DNA from: Akkermansia muciniphila ATCC BAA-835
GTDB lineage: Bacteria > Verrucomicrobiota > Verrucomicrobiia > Verrucomicrobiales > Akkermansiaceae
Direction: 5' to 3'
NCBI RefSeq assembly: GCF_000020225.1
Contig: NC_010655.1
Span: 1,110,001 to 1,142,000 of the forward strand
Length of the DNA stretch: 32,000 nt
Shown here: in pieces, positions 1 to 8,529 of the stretch
Position numbering within the stretch: the first letter of the stretch is position 1
Layout of the letters: every line of letters begins with the position of its first letter
Made by a program: the position numbers and the translations under genes
Notes under the pieces: model-generated
The model's input: the letters and a program-made list of their open reading frames with translations, nothing else
The model's database searches: none
Told to the model about the DNA's origin: nothing

Positions 1-1
1 C

Positions 2-355
2 AACAAAGGCCAGAAGGCCCGTTCCGGCGGCACGATCCGGCCGGGTTTTGAAGGCGGCCAGATGCCCCTTCACCGCCGTCTGCCCAAGAAGGGGTTCAAC
101 AACACCCGCTTCCAGGATAAAATCCTTATCGTCAACCTCTCCCAGCTTGAACGCGTGTTTGAAGCCGGTGCTACGGTTGATGAAAACACCCTGCGTGCGG
201 CCAAGCTCGTCCAAGGTCCCTGCGATGCCGTGAAGCTTCTTGGCAACGGCACCCTGACCAAGAACCTGAACGTAGTCGTGGACTTCGTGAGCGCCAGCGC
301 CCGCGAGAAGGTGACCCAGGCCGGTGGCACCGTCACCGTGCTTAGCGAAGCCTAA
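2..355 (+). CDS. rplO: 50S ribosomal protein L15, C-terminal portion (5' end cut by the window edge)
   Basis: The frame is open from the window edge. Translation NKGQKARSGG..GFEGGQMPLHRRLPKKGF matches the conserved L15 core. secY follows, as in the spc operon. Stop TAA at 353-355. Confidence 0.9.
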   Translation, partial: NKGQKARSGGTIRPGFEGGQMPLHRRLPKKGFNNTRFQDKILIVNLSQLERVFEAGATVDENTLRAAKLVQGPCDAVKLLGNGTLTKNLNVVVDFVSASAREKVTQAGGTVTVLSEA

Positions 356-364
356 TCACATTTG

Positions 365-397
365 GCGAACCGGGTCATGCAGCTTGACCCGGTTCGC
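365..397 (+). terminator. Perfect 13-bp hairpin 10 nt after the rplO stop (terminator or attenuator candidate)
   Basis: GCGAACCGGGTCA (365-377) / loop TGCAGCT / TGACCCGGTTCGC (385-397), an exact reverse complement. It is followed by ATCATTGTGTTTACTGTT, which is T-rich but not a clean U-tract. Confidence 0.4.
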
Positions 398-495
398 ATC
401 ATTGTGTTTACTGTTGCGGTTCCCATGGATGCCCCGGGTGCAAACCGCCGCGACATGCAAGCCAAGCTGCGCGCCAACTTTTATATTACAGGACC

Positions 496-1998
496 ATGAT
501 ATCCGCATTTGCAAACTCCATGAAAGTACCGGAGCTCAGGCGCCGGATTTTGTTCACACTGGCGATGATTGTCGTCGTCCGCCTGGGGGTACAGATTCCC
601 CTGCCGGGCATTGACGTCATGGAGCTGCAGAAAGTGATTGAAGCCTCCGCGAACGCCAGCGGTCCCGGAGCGGGTCTGGCTACCGTGCTGACCATTTTCT
701 CCGGCGGCGGCCTCCAGCAGTGCGGCATTTTTGCTTTGGGCATCATGCCCTACATTTCCGCTTCCATCATGACCCAGCTCCTTTCCGCGGTGGTTCCCCA
801 GTGGGCCAAGATGGTGCGGGAAGAAGGCGGCCGCCAGAAAATGACCAAGTGGACGCGCGCCATCGCCATCGTCATTGCCCTTGTGCAGGGCTGGTTTCTG
901 GTCGGCACGCTAGAACACCCGGAACGCCTGCAGGCCGTGGGTCTCAACATTCCCGCGGACTGCCAGCTTGTCATTGACCCCGGCATCCAGTTCGCCCTCA
1001 TGACGGTGCTCATTATGGTGGCGGGCACCATGTTCCTGATGTGGATAGGCGACCAGATTACGGAACGCGGCGTCGGCAACGGCGTTTCCCTCATCATTTC
1101 CGTCAACATTATTCACGCCCTTCCGGGAGCAGTCACCCTGGCCTGGAAAACCCTGGTGTACAAGGACGGCGCGGTTGTCCCCATGGGAGCCATGCTGCTC
1201 GTGGCCCTGATTGCCTTCCTGATTGTCGTGGTGGCGCTCGTCGTGACGGTGACGCAGGCCCAGCGGCGCATTCCCGTGCAGTACGCCAAGCGGGTCATGG
1301 GCAATAAAATGTTCAACGGTGCCACGCAGTACCTGCCTCTCAAGCTTAACTACTCCGGCGTGATGCCCGTCATTTTCGCTACGGCCATCCTCTCCCTTCC
1401 GCAGGTTCTCTTCTCCCAGATCGCCCACTACAACACTACGCTGCAGTGGATCGCGACCAAGATGAATGACTGGCTGAATCCCGCTTCTTCCGGCTATTAC
1501 ATTATTTCCGGCCTCATGATTTTCTTCTTCTCCTACTTCTGGGTGGCGACCATGTTCCAGCCCTCCCAGATCGCGGAAGACCTGAAGCGCAATGGCGGCT
1601 ATATTCCCGGCATCCGTCCCGGCCCCCCCACCGCCCTCTTCCTGGACCAGACCATGCAAAGGCTGACCTTTGCCGGGTCCGCATTCCTGACCCTCATTTA
1701 CTTCCTGCCTTCCCTGCTGAATATCGGGGGCAATATCCCCTACCTGGTTACCCAGTTCTTCGGAGGCACCAGCCTTCTCATTCTGGTGGGCGTACTGCTT
1801 GACATGATGCGCCAGGTGGAAACGACCCTTCTTTCCCGCAATTACGACGGCTTCCTGAAAAAAGGCAAGCTCAAGGGCAAATACGGGCACATCCAAGGTA
1901 CCGGCGCCGCCGCGGGCAGCCGCACCGTTACCGTCATGTGGATTGTTATCGCTCTGCTTGTGCTGGCCGGAGCCATCGCCTACAACGCCATGCAGTAA
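496..1998 (+). CDS. secY: Preprotein translocase subunit SecY
   Basis: 500-aa polytopic membrane protein. The N-terminus ELRRRILFTLAMIVVVRLGVQIPLPGID and GIMPYISASIM are typical SecY blocks. Synteny rplO-secY-adk-map. Confidence 0.95.
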   Translation: MISAFANSMKVPELRRRILFTLAMIVVVRLGVQIPLPGIDVMELQKVIEASANASGPGAGLATVLTIFSGGGLQQCGIFALGIMPYISASIMTQLLSAVVPQWAKMVREEGGRQKMTKWTRAIAIVIALVQGWFLVGTLEHPERLQAVGLNIPADCQLVIDPGIQFALMTVLIMVAGTMFLMWIGDQITERGVGNGVSLIISVNIIHALPGAVTLAWKTLVYKDGAVVPMGAMLLVALIAFLIVVVALVVTVTQAQRRIPVQYAKRVMGNKMFNGATQYLPLKLNYSGVMPVIFATAILSLPQVLFSQIAHYNTTLQWIATKMNDWLNPASSGYYIISGLMIFFFSYFWVATMFQPSQIAEDLKRNGGYIPGIRPGPPTALFLDQTMQRLTFAGSAFLTLIYFLPSLLNIGGNIPYLVTQFFGGTSLLILVGVLLDMMRQVETTLLSRNYDGFLKKGKLKGKYGHIQGTGAAAGSRTVTVMWIVIALLVLAGAIAYNAMQ

Positions 1999-2025
1999 GC
2001 CCCCTTTTTTACTGAAAGTAAAGAT

Positions 2026-2676
2026 ATGAAGGAACTCAAGCATTTCATTCTGGTTGGGGCTCCCGCATCCGGCAAAGGGACCCAGGGCCGGTTTTTGGCT
2101 GATACCTTCGGCCTTCACTCCCTGAGCACCGGCTCCCTGTTGCGGAGGGAAGTGGAATCCTGCACGGAACTGGGCCGGAAAGCCTTGAGCTATATGGACA
2201 GGGCCATGCTGGTTCCGGACGAAATTGTCAATGACATGGTGCGCGGCTGGCTGTCGGAGATGGACCATGGCGCGTGGCTGCTGGACGGCTATCCCCGCAC
2301 GGTTGCGCAGGCGGAAGCGCTGGACCATTTTCTAAACCAGCGGGGAACCTCCGTGGATGTAGTCGTCTGGATGGATGTGTCCAGGGAACTCATTGAACAG
2401 CGCATCATGCGCCGCCGGGAATGTTCCACATGCGGTTACGTGGTGCAGACGCCGGAAGAGGAATGTTCCAAGTGCGGAGGGAAAATGGTTTCCCGCAAGG
2501 ATGACAACATGGAAGCTTTCGCCCGCCGCTGGAAGGATTTTGAAGCCATGACGCTGCCCGTAGCCAGGTACTACGAGGCCCGCGGCCTGGTCGTTAAAAT
2601 GACGGTGTCCGAAGAACGGGAACCTGCCGATGTTTCCCGGGATCTGGCCCGCAAGCTGGAAGAGTACCGGCAATAG
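2026..2676 (+). CDS. adk: Adenylate kinase with a four-Cys (zinc) LID
   Basis: P-loop GAPASGKGTQ, LLDGYPRT, and a LID with CSTCG...CSKCGG. Position after secY. Confidence 0.93.
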   Translation: MKELKHFILVGAPASGKGTQGRFLADTFGLHSLSTGSLLRREVESCTELGRKALSYMDRAMLVPDEIVNDMVRGWLSEMDHGAWLLDGYPRTVAQAEALDHFLNQRGTSVDVVVWMDVSRELIEQRIMRRRECSTCGYVVQTPEEECSKCGGKMVSRKDDNMEAFARRWKDFEAMTLPVARYYEARGLVVKMTVSEEREPADVSRDLARKLEEYRQ

Positions 2677-2689
2677 AAAGAATAATCCC

Positions 2690-3487
2690 ATGGCAGAACG
2701 AATCCACATCAAGTCTCCCGGCGAGGTAGCCAAGATGCAGAAAGCCGGGGCTGTAACGGCGGAAATCTTGATGGAGATCGGGGCCGAAGTCCAGGTGGGA
2801 CGCACCACGCGGGAAATAGATGATATCGCGCGTGAAATTTTTAAAAAGCACAAGGTAGGCAATTCCTTTTACCGGTACCGCGGGTTTCCCGGCCAGCTCT
2901 GCATTTCCATCAATGAAGAGGTGGTGCACGGCAGCGGCGGCCCCCGCCGCATCCAGAACGGGGACATTGTGAGCCTGGACGTGGGCGCCATTGTGGACGG
3001 CTGGCATGGAGACAACGCCATGACCGTTCCGGTGGGCATGGTGGATCCGGAAAAACTGCGGCTGCTGGCCGTGACGGAGGAATCCCTGTTCCGCGCCATT
3101 GAACTGGTAAGGCCGGGCGCCTTGCTGGCGGACGTCTGCGCGGCGGTGGAGGGCTTCGTGCGTCCCCGCGGTTTTACTGTGGTTCGGGATTTTGTGGGGC
3201 ACGGCATAGGCCGCCACCTGCATGAAGAACCCCAGATTCCCAATTACCGCCCCCATTACAAGCTTCCGCGCCTGAAAAAGGGGATGGCCCTGGCCATTGA
3301 GCCGATGGTGAATGCGGGCAGGCCTTCCGTTAAAATTCTGGATGACGGCTGGACGGTCGTCACGGCGGACGGCAAGCCTTCCGCCCACTTTGAGCACACG
3401 GTTATCGTAACGGACGGCGCGCCCCTGATTGTGACGGACCGCCCCCGCATCGCGTTGCCGGAGCAGCTCGGCATTGCTCCTTTGTAA
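2690..3487 (+). CDS. map: Methionine aminopeptidase, type I
   Basis: Blocks LDVGAIVDGWHGD, FVGHGIGRHLHE, LAIEPM and HFEHTV carry the MetAP metal ligands. I chose the ATG at 2690, 13 nt after the adk stop. The ORF-track start at 2630 overlaps adk. Confidence 0.92.
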   Translation: MAERIHIKSPGEVAKMQKAGAVTAEILMEIGAEVQVGRTTREIDDIAREIFKKHKVGNSFYRYRGFPGQLCISINEEVVHGSGGPRRIQNGDIVSLDVGAIVDGWHGDNAMTVPVGMVDPEKLRLLAVTEESLFRAIELVRPGALLADVCAAVEGFVRPRGFTVVRDFVGHGIGRHLHEEPQIPNYRPHYKLPRLKKGMALAIEPMVNAGRPSVKILDDGWTVVTADGKPSAHFEHTVIVTDGAPLIVTDRPRIALPEQLGIAPL

Positions 3488-3505
3488 CTTCAGCCTCTCC
3501 AGGGA

Positions 3506-4573
3506 ATGACGCCGCCGGAAGCCTCCGTTCCCGTGATTCTGGAGAAGACCGCCGCCCGCCGGATGGTGTGGGTGGATGTGGCCCGCGTGGCCGCCTGCAT
3601 CCTGATTATTGCGAATCACATGGCTTTCTATTCGGCGGAGCTGTACCGGTGGATATGGGCGGAGTTCCTGGCGGCGCGCACGCCCTTTTTTCTGCTGGCG
3701 GCGGGCTATTTTGTGGGAAGAGGGTCTTTTGGCCCTCTGGATGGCGGGAGCCTTTTCCTCTGGCGGCGGAGCTGGTTTCTTCTTCGTCCGTACCTGGTGT
3801 GGGGACTGGCTGCGGCCGTTCTGATCGGCTGGTCCCCCCTGCACGAATATTACGCGTCCTACCGGCCTATGTATGAATGGCTGGGAGGGGAAAAGGGAGC
3901 CGGGTTCTGGCCTGCTCTCGCGGCGTTCGGCCGCTGCCTGGGCATTGCCGGGCATCCGGTGGACGCTCCCATGTGGTTTCTGCGCGATATCATCATCTAT
4001 ACCGCTGCGGCCCCCCTTCTTTACCGTTTGGGGGACTATCTGCTCTGGGCGGGCATGGTCATGCTGTCCCTGAACTATTTTGCGCTGGATCTGGCGGATC
4101 ATGATTATCCCATCGCCAACAGCCTGGGATTTTTCCTGCTGGGAATGTATGTTTCCCGGTATTCCCTCTCGTTCCTGACGGAATCCGTGCGCCGGTACGC
4201 GGTGCCCTTCCTGGTCGCCACGCTTGCGCTTACCTGGTGGCTGGCAGGCCACCGGGACCAGCACAACTCCATGCTCATCGCCCTGGGCATGCTGGGGCTG
4301 ATGTCCCTGGCCATTCTGTTCACGGAATGGTTCCCGCGCGCGGCCAGGTGGGTGGCGGGGCTGGCTCCGGCATGTTTTTTCATTTTCGGAACGCATTACA
4401 TCGTCATCATCCTGCTGCGTGAAAGCGGCTGGATTACATGGAAGGGGGCGGCCTGGGACATGCTTTGGCTCTTTCTGGTTCCGGTCATTTTCGCCGTGTT
4501 GGCGGGGCTTTTTTTCTGCATGAAAAGATTTGCCCCGCGGCTGGTTCCCCTGCTGGGGGCCTATGGGAAATAG
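3506..4573 (+). CDS. Integral-membrane acyltransferase, family 3 (OafA/NolL-like O-acyltransferase)
   Basis: 355 aa with about 10 hydrophobic spans. N-terminal RRMVWVDVARVAACILIIANH matches the AT3 R..lD..R......H signature. MWFLRDIIIY is a typical mid-protein AT3 block. Confidence 0.65.
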   Translation: MTPPEASVPVILEKTAARRMVWVDVARVAACILIIANHMAFYSAELYRWIWAEFLAARTPFFLLAAGYFVGRGSFGPLDGGSLFLWRRSWFLLRPYLVWGLAAAVLIGWSPLHEYYASYRPMYEWLGGEKGAGFWPALAAFGRCLGIAGHPVDAPMWFLRDIIIYTAAAPLLYRLGDYLLWAGMVMLSLNYFALDLADHDYPIANSLGFFLLGMYVSRYSLSFLTESVRRYAVPFLVATLALTWWLAGHRDQHNSMLIALGMLGLMSLAILFTEWFPRAARWVAGLAPACFFIFGTHYIVIILLRESGWITWKGAAWDMLWLFLVPVIFAVLAGLFFCMKRFAPRLVPLLGAYGK

Positions 4574-4624
4574 CCGTCTTGAAGAGCCGTTCCGCCGGGA
4601 CGGGAAGGGAGCCGCGCTTATCTC

Positions 4625-4655
4625 TTGCCGTCAAAAGGCAAATTCTTTATTCTTT
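4625..4655 (+). terminator. Weak hairpin plus T-rich tail downstream of the acyltransferase gene
   Basis: TTGCC (4625-4629) / loop GTCAAAA / GGCAA (4637-4641), followed by ATTCTTTATTCTTTCC. The stem is only 5 bp. Confidence 0.25.
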
Positions 4656-4732
4656 CCTTTGCTGGAAGGGGCGGAAGCGGCTTTTTTGTCACGTTGCCGT
4701 TCTTGCTCCACGGCCGGGAAACAATACATGGT

Positions 4733-6295
4733 ATGGCAATGATTCAAGGCGAGCAGGTTCAGGATTCGGAATTATCAACTCAGGCGGTGATCTATCTGGG
4801 CCCGAGCTCCATGAGCCTGATGGTGGCTGAGGCTGTCCGGGACAGGATTCGCCTGCTGGATTTCCTTCAGCAGCCCGTTCCGATGGCGCGTGACATTTTC
4901 CGGTTCCACCGCATTTCCCGGCATACCATGGACCGCTGCGTGCAAATCATCGGCGACTATCTGGAAATTCTCAAGGAATACGGAGCCGGCAGCAAGCTTT
5001 CCGTCCGGTTCATGATTTCCAACATCATTTCCGAGGCGGATAATGTGGACGTGTTCGTGAACCGCATGCACGTGGCCCACGGCTTGCGGGGGCGCCGCAT
5101 TGACGACGGCAAGATGACGCGCCTCATTTACGTGAAGGTGCAGGAGGCTCTGGCCCAGTATCCGGGATTCAGCAAGAAAAAGGTGCTTGTGGTCCATACG
5201 GGGCCGGGCAATACCCGCGTGCTTCTGTTCCAGAAGGGGCGCATCGTGCGTTATTCCTGCTACAGGCTGGGAACGCACCGCACGGGGGAGGCCGTCGGGG
5301 AAATTGAGTACGGAGACGATGTGGCGGAGCTTTCCATTCTGCGGGAGCACATGCGCGGGCAGGTGGACCAGATTTGCCTGGATTACGGGGGCGTGAAGGG
5401 CCTGGCGGGCCTTATCGTCATCGGCCAGGAAATGCAGCAGCTCCGGGACCGCCTGGCCCCCACGCCGGAAGGCAAGGTGGCGTGTTCCTCCCTGGCGGCG
5501 GAGGCGGAGCGGATGTCCCGCACCACTCTGGAACAGCGCATGAATGTTTACGGTGCGGATTTTGCCGGGGTGGACTCCCTGCTGCCCGCCGTTTTGATGA
5601 CGGAAATGATTGCCCGCAGCCTGAACCTGGATGACGTCATCATTCCCGCGAGCGGTTATGACGAGGAGTTTTCAAGCAGCCTGATACGTGCGGAACAGCA
5701 TCCGGGGGATCTGGAGGCGGAGGTTCTCCATTTCGCCGGGATTCTGGCGGACAGGTACAAGGCGGACAAAGGGCACCGCGAGCATGTGGCGCGCCTGTGC
5801 ATGGAAATGTTTGACCAGCTTCAGGACCTGCACCGCCTTTCCGAACATGACCGGCTGCTGCTGGAAGTGGCCTCCATTCTGCATGAGGTTGGGTCTTTTA
5901 TCAACCAGCAGAATCACCAGCTCCATTCCCAGTATATCATTCTCAACAGTGAAATCTTCGGCCTTTCCCGGGATGATGTGGAAACGATCGCCCTGCTGGC
6001 CCGCTACCACCGGCATGAGGTTCCCGCCAATTCCGATCCCATGTACGGGGAGCTGGAATTGAGGGACCGCATGCGCGTAGCCAAGATGGCCGCCATCCTG
6101 CGCGTGGCGGATGCCCTGGAACGCGGCCATGCCCAGCGCGTGAACGGCGTCCGGGCGCACATCCGCGGGCGCATGCTGGAGCTGGAGCTTCAGGGCGTGC
6201 GTGAAACCGCCGTGGAAGACCTGGCCCTGCGGCTGAAGGGCGACCTGTTTGCGGATATCTTCGGTTATGACGTCGTGCTGGCGCCCCAGCGGTAG
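4733..6295 (+). CDS. ppx: Ppx/GppA-family protein with C-terminal HD-type domain (exopolyphosphatase-like, N-terminal catalytic motifs degenerate)
   Basis: Co-linear by eye with E. coli PPX. AVIYLGPSSMSLMV aligns to AVDLGSNSFHMV. VVHTGPGNTRV aligns to VIDIGGGSTEL. ASILHEVGSFINQQNHQLHSQYII aligns to [24 protein letters not shown]. I chose the start ATG at 4733 (MAMIQGEQ); the ORF-track start at 4625 lies in the terminator-like spacer. Confidence 0.75.
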   Translation: MAMIQGEQVQDSELSTQAVIYLGPSSMSLMVAEAVRDRIRLLDFLQQPVPMARDIFRFHRISRHTMDRCVQIIGDYLEILKEYGAGSKLSVRFMISNIISEADNVDVFVNRMHVAHGLRGRRIDDGKMTRLIYVKVQEALAQYPGFSKKKVLVVHTGPGNTRVLLFQKGRIVRYSCYRLGTHRTGEAVGEIEYGDDVAELSILREHMRGQVDQICLDYGGVKGLAGLIVIGQEMQQLRDRLAPTPEGKVACSSLAAEAERMSRTTLEQRMNVYGADFAGVDSLLPAVLMTEMIARSLNLDDVIIPASGYDEEFSSSLIRAEQHPGDLEAEVLHFAGILADRYKADKGHREHVARLCMEMFDQLQDLHRLSEHDRLLLEVASILHEVGSFINQQNHQLHSQYIILNSEIFGLSRDDVETIALLARYHRHEVPANSDPMYGELELRDRMRVAKMAAILRVADALERGHAQRVNGVRAHIRGRMLELELQGVRETAVEDLALRLKGDLFADIFGYDVVLAPQR

Positions 6296-6330
6296 GCTGA
6301 TTTAAAAAACTTCCATTTTCCATTTTTCCC

Positions 6331-8418
6331 ATGTCTGACGAATATATCAACAGAGAACTTTCCTGGCTGGAATTCAACCAGCGTGTGCTGGACCAGGCCG
6401 TAAGAACGGATCTTCCCCTCCTGGAACGCCTGAAGTTTCTGGCTATTACCGCCTCCAACCTGGATGAGTTTTTCATGGTGCGCGTGGGCGGCCTTCAGAT
6501 GCTGCGGCATTCCGGTTCCCGCGTGAAGGATATTTCCGGGCTGACGCCCACCCGCCAGCTGAAAGCCATCCGCTCCCGCGTGGGCCGCATGATTGAGGAC
6601 CAATACCGCCTGTTCCATGAGGAAATTCTGCCGTGGATGGAAATCAACGGCATCAATCCCCTGGCGATGGAGGATCTCAGCACTTCCCAGAAATTGACGC
6701 TGGAGCAGTATTTCAACAACCAGATATTCCCGCTTCTGACGCCGCTGGACATGGATGCTCCGGAAGCTCCCGCGCTGCCATCCCTCAAGCTGCTGATGGG
6801 CGTGGAACTGCGCGACAATGAGACCGGGGAGGTGCGCTCCGCCGTGGTGGCCCTTCCGGACGGCCTGCCGCGGCGCGTTCCCGTCCCTTCCGCGGAGGCG
6901 GAGCGCTACGTGATGCTGGAGGACCTGGTCCGGGAGTGCATCGGCACCGTTTTTCCCGGTGAGACCGTTCTTTCCGCAGCGGTGTTCCGCGTCACGCGCA
7001 ATGGGGACATTGCCGTGCAGGAGGAAGACGCCCTGGACCTGGCGGATGAGATGGAGGAAGTGCTCGTAGCCCGGAAATTTTCCGAATGCGTGAGGCTGGA
7101 AGTAGAGTCCTCCGCGCCCGCCCCCCTGCATGACAAGATCATGCGGATTGTAGGCGCCGGGAAGGAGGAGACTTATGACCTCAAGGGTCCCCTGATGCTT
7201 TCCGACTTCATGGAAATGGCTTTTGCCCCCGGCAATGACCAGTTGAAGGTGGAGCAGTGGTCCCCGCAGCCGTCCCCTTCCGTGAATCCGGCCGTCAGCA
7301 TTTTTGAAAACATTGCCGGCGGGGACATTCTGCTCAATCATCCCTATGAAAGTTTTGAACCCGTCCTGCGCCTGGTGGAGGAGGCAGCGGAAGATCCGGA
7401 CGTCATCGCCATCAAGCAGGTGCTGTACCGTACCGCCAGGAACTCCCGCATCGTGGCCGCCCTGAAAAAAGCGGCGGAGAGCGGCAAGCAGGTGACGGCG
7501 CTGGTGGAGCTGAAAGCCCGTTTTGACGAGGCCCGCAATCTGGAAAAGGCGGAGGAGCTTCAGCGTTCCGGCGTGCAGGTTGTTTACGGCGTCAAGGGGT
7601 TGAAGACCCATGCCAAGATTTGCCTGGTGGTGCGCCGGGAACAGGGCATGCTGCGGCGTTACTGCCATTTCGGCACGGGGAACTACAATGAGACCACTGC
7701 CAAGATTTACACGGATATTTCCTACCTTACCTGCGACGACCAGCTGGGAGCGGACGCTTCCCAGTTCTTCAATTCCGTGACGGGGCGCACCAAGCTCATG
7801 CGCTTCCGCAAGCTGTATCCCTCCCCGGTGTTGATGAAGGCGCGCCTTATTGAACTTATTGAAGGGGAAGCGGAACGCGCGCGGCAGGGGGAACCCGCCC
7901 GCATTTCCGCCAAAATGAACAGCCTCCAGGACGTGGAAATCATTGACGCCCTGTACAGGGCCGCGGACGCCGGGGTGGACATTGAACTGAACGTGCGCGG
8001 CATTTGCTGCCTGAAAACGGGCCCCCGGCCCAACGGCAAGGTAATCCGCGTGGTCAGTATCGTGGACAGGTATCTGGAGCACGCGCGCATTTTCTTTTTC
8101 CACCACGGCGGCAACCACCAGCTTTTCATCGCCAGTGCGGACTGGATGACCCGGAATCTGGATAAAAGGGTGGAGCTTATGGTGCCCGTCACCAACGGGA
8201 AGCTGGCGCGCCGCCTGAAATCCATTCTGGACGCCTGCTTCAGGGACAATGTCCAGGCCTGCAATATTCTGCCGGACGGCACTTCCGAACATGTCGTCCG
8301 GAAAAAGGGTCAGAAAGCCTTCCGTTTGCAGCAGTACCTGACCAAGGAGGCGCGCCGCCTGGCCAAGGACAAGGAACGGGAACGCCAGCAGATGCTGGAA
8401 CCGCACACGCCGCATTAA
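6331..8418 (+). CDS. ppk: Polyphosphate kinase 1
   Basis: N-terminus YINRELSWLEFNQRVLDQA, phospho-histidine block GLKTHAKICLVVRRE, and second PLD-like block RYLEHARIFFFH. 695 aa is typical for PPK1. Confidence 0.95.
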   Translation: MSDEYINRELSWLEFNQRVLDQAVRTDLPLLERLKFLAITASNLDEFFMVRVGGLQMLRHSGSRVKDISGLTPTRQLKAIRSRVGRMIEDQYRLFHEEILPWMEINGINPLAMEDLSTSQKLTLEQYFNNQIFPLLTPLDMDAPEAPALPSLKLLMGVELRDNETGEVRSAVVALPDGLPRRVPVPSAEAERYVMLEDLVRECIGTVFPGETVLSAAVFRVTRNGDIAVQEEDALDLADEMEEVLVARKFSECVRLEVESSAPAPLHDKIMRIVGAGKEETYDLKGPLMLSDFMEMAFAPGNDQLKVEQWSPQPSPSVNPAVSIFENIAGGDILLNHPYESFEPVLRLVEEAAEDPDVIAIKQVLYRTARNSRIVAALKKAAESGKQVTALVELKARFDEARNLEKAEELQRSGVQVVYGVKGLKTHAKICLVVRREQGMLRRYCHFGTGNYNETTAKIYTDISYLTCDDQLGADASQFFNSVTGRTKLMRFRKLYPSPVLMKARLIELIEGEAERARQGEPARISAKMNSLQDVEIIDALYRAADAGVDIELNVRGICCLKTGPRPNGKVIRVVSIVDRYLEHARIFFFHHGGNHQLFIASADWMTRNLDKRVELMVPVTNGKLARRLKSILDACFRDNVQACNILPDGTSEHVVRKKGQKAFRLQQYLTKEARRLAKDKERERQQMLEPHTPH

Positions 8419-8529
8419 AGGCGCTCATCACGGGCGTTTGAAGGTCCGCCGGGAACAGTCTCCGGAGTACGCCGGTTTTCCGGCCGTCTGCGGAGGCTGC
8501 CCATGTTTCCCGGAGAGGGGGGAAGCCGG

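Noticed and set aside
910-2328. 472-aa ORF antisense to secY/adk. Similar long antisense ORFs occur at 2594-4396(-), 6265-8415(-), 18791-20857(+), 20982-22313(+), 22207-23775(+), 24967-26037(-), 26407-27342(-), 27403-28659(-) and 29898-30956(+).
   Set aside because: Each lies opposite a gene with unmistakable conserved motifs (SecY, MetAP/AT3, PPK1, NagA/cyclophilin, MFS, CstA, sulfatase, IF-2). Their translations are Arg/Gly/His/Pro-rich low-complexity sequence with no recognisable motifs. Stop-free shadow frames like these are expected in GC-rich DNA.
8419-8529. GCCGG-TTTT-CCGGC hairpin (8471-8484) between the convergent ppk and GT8 genes.
   Set aside because: The stem is only 5 bp (7 with a bulge) and has no flanking U- or A-tract. 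That is insufficient to call a terminator.
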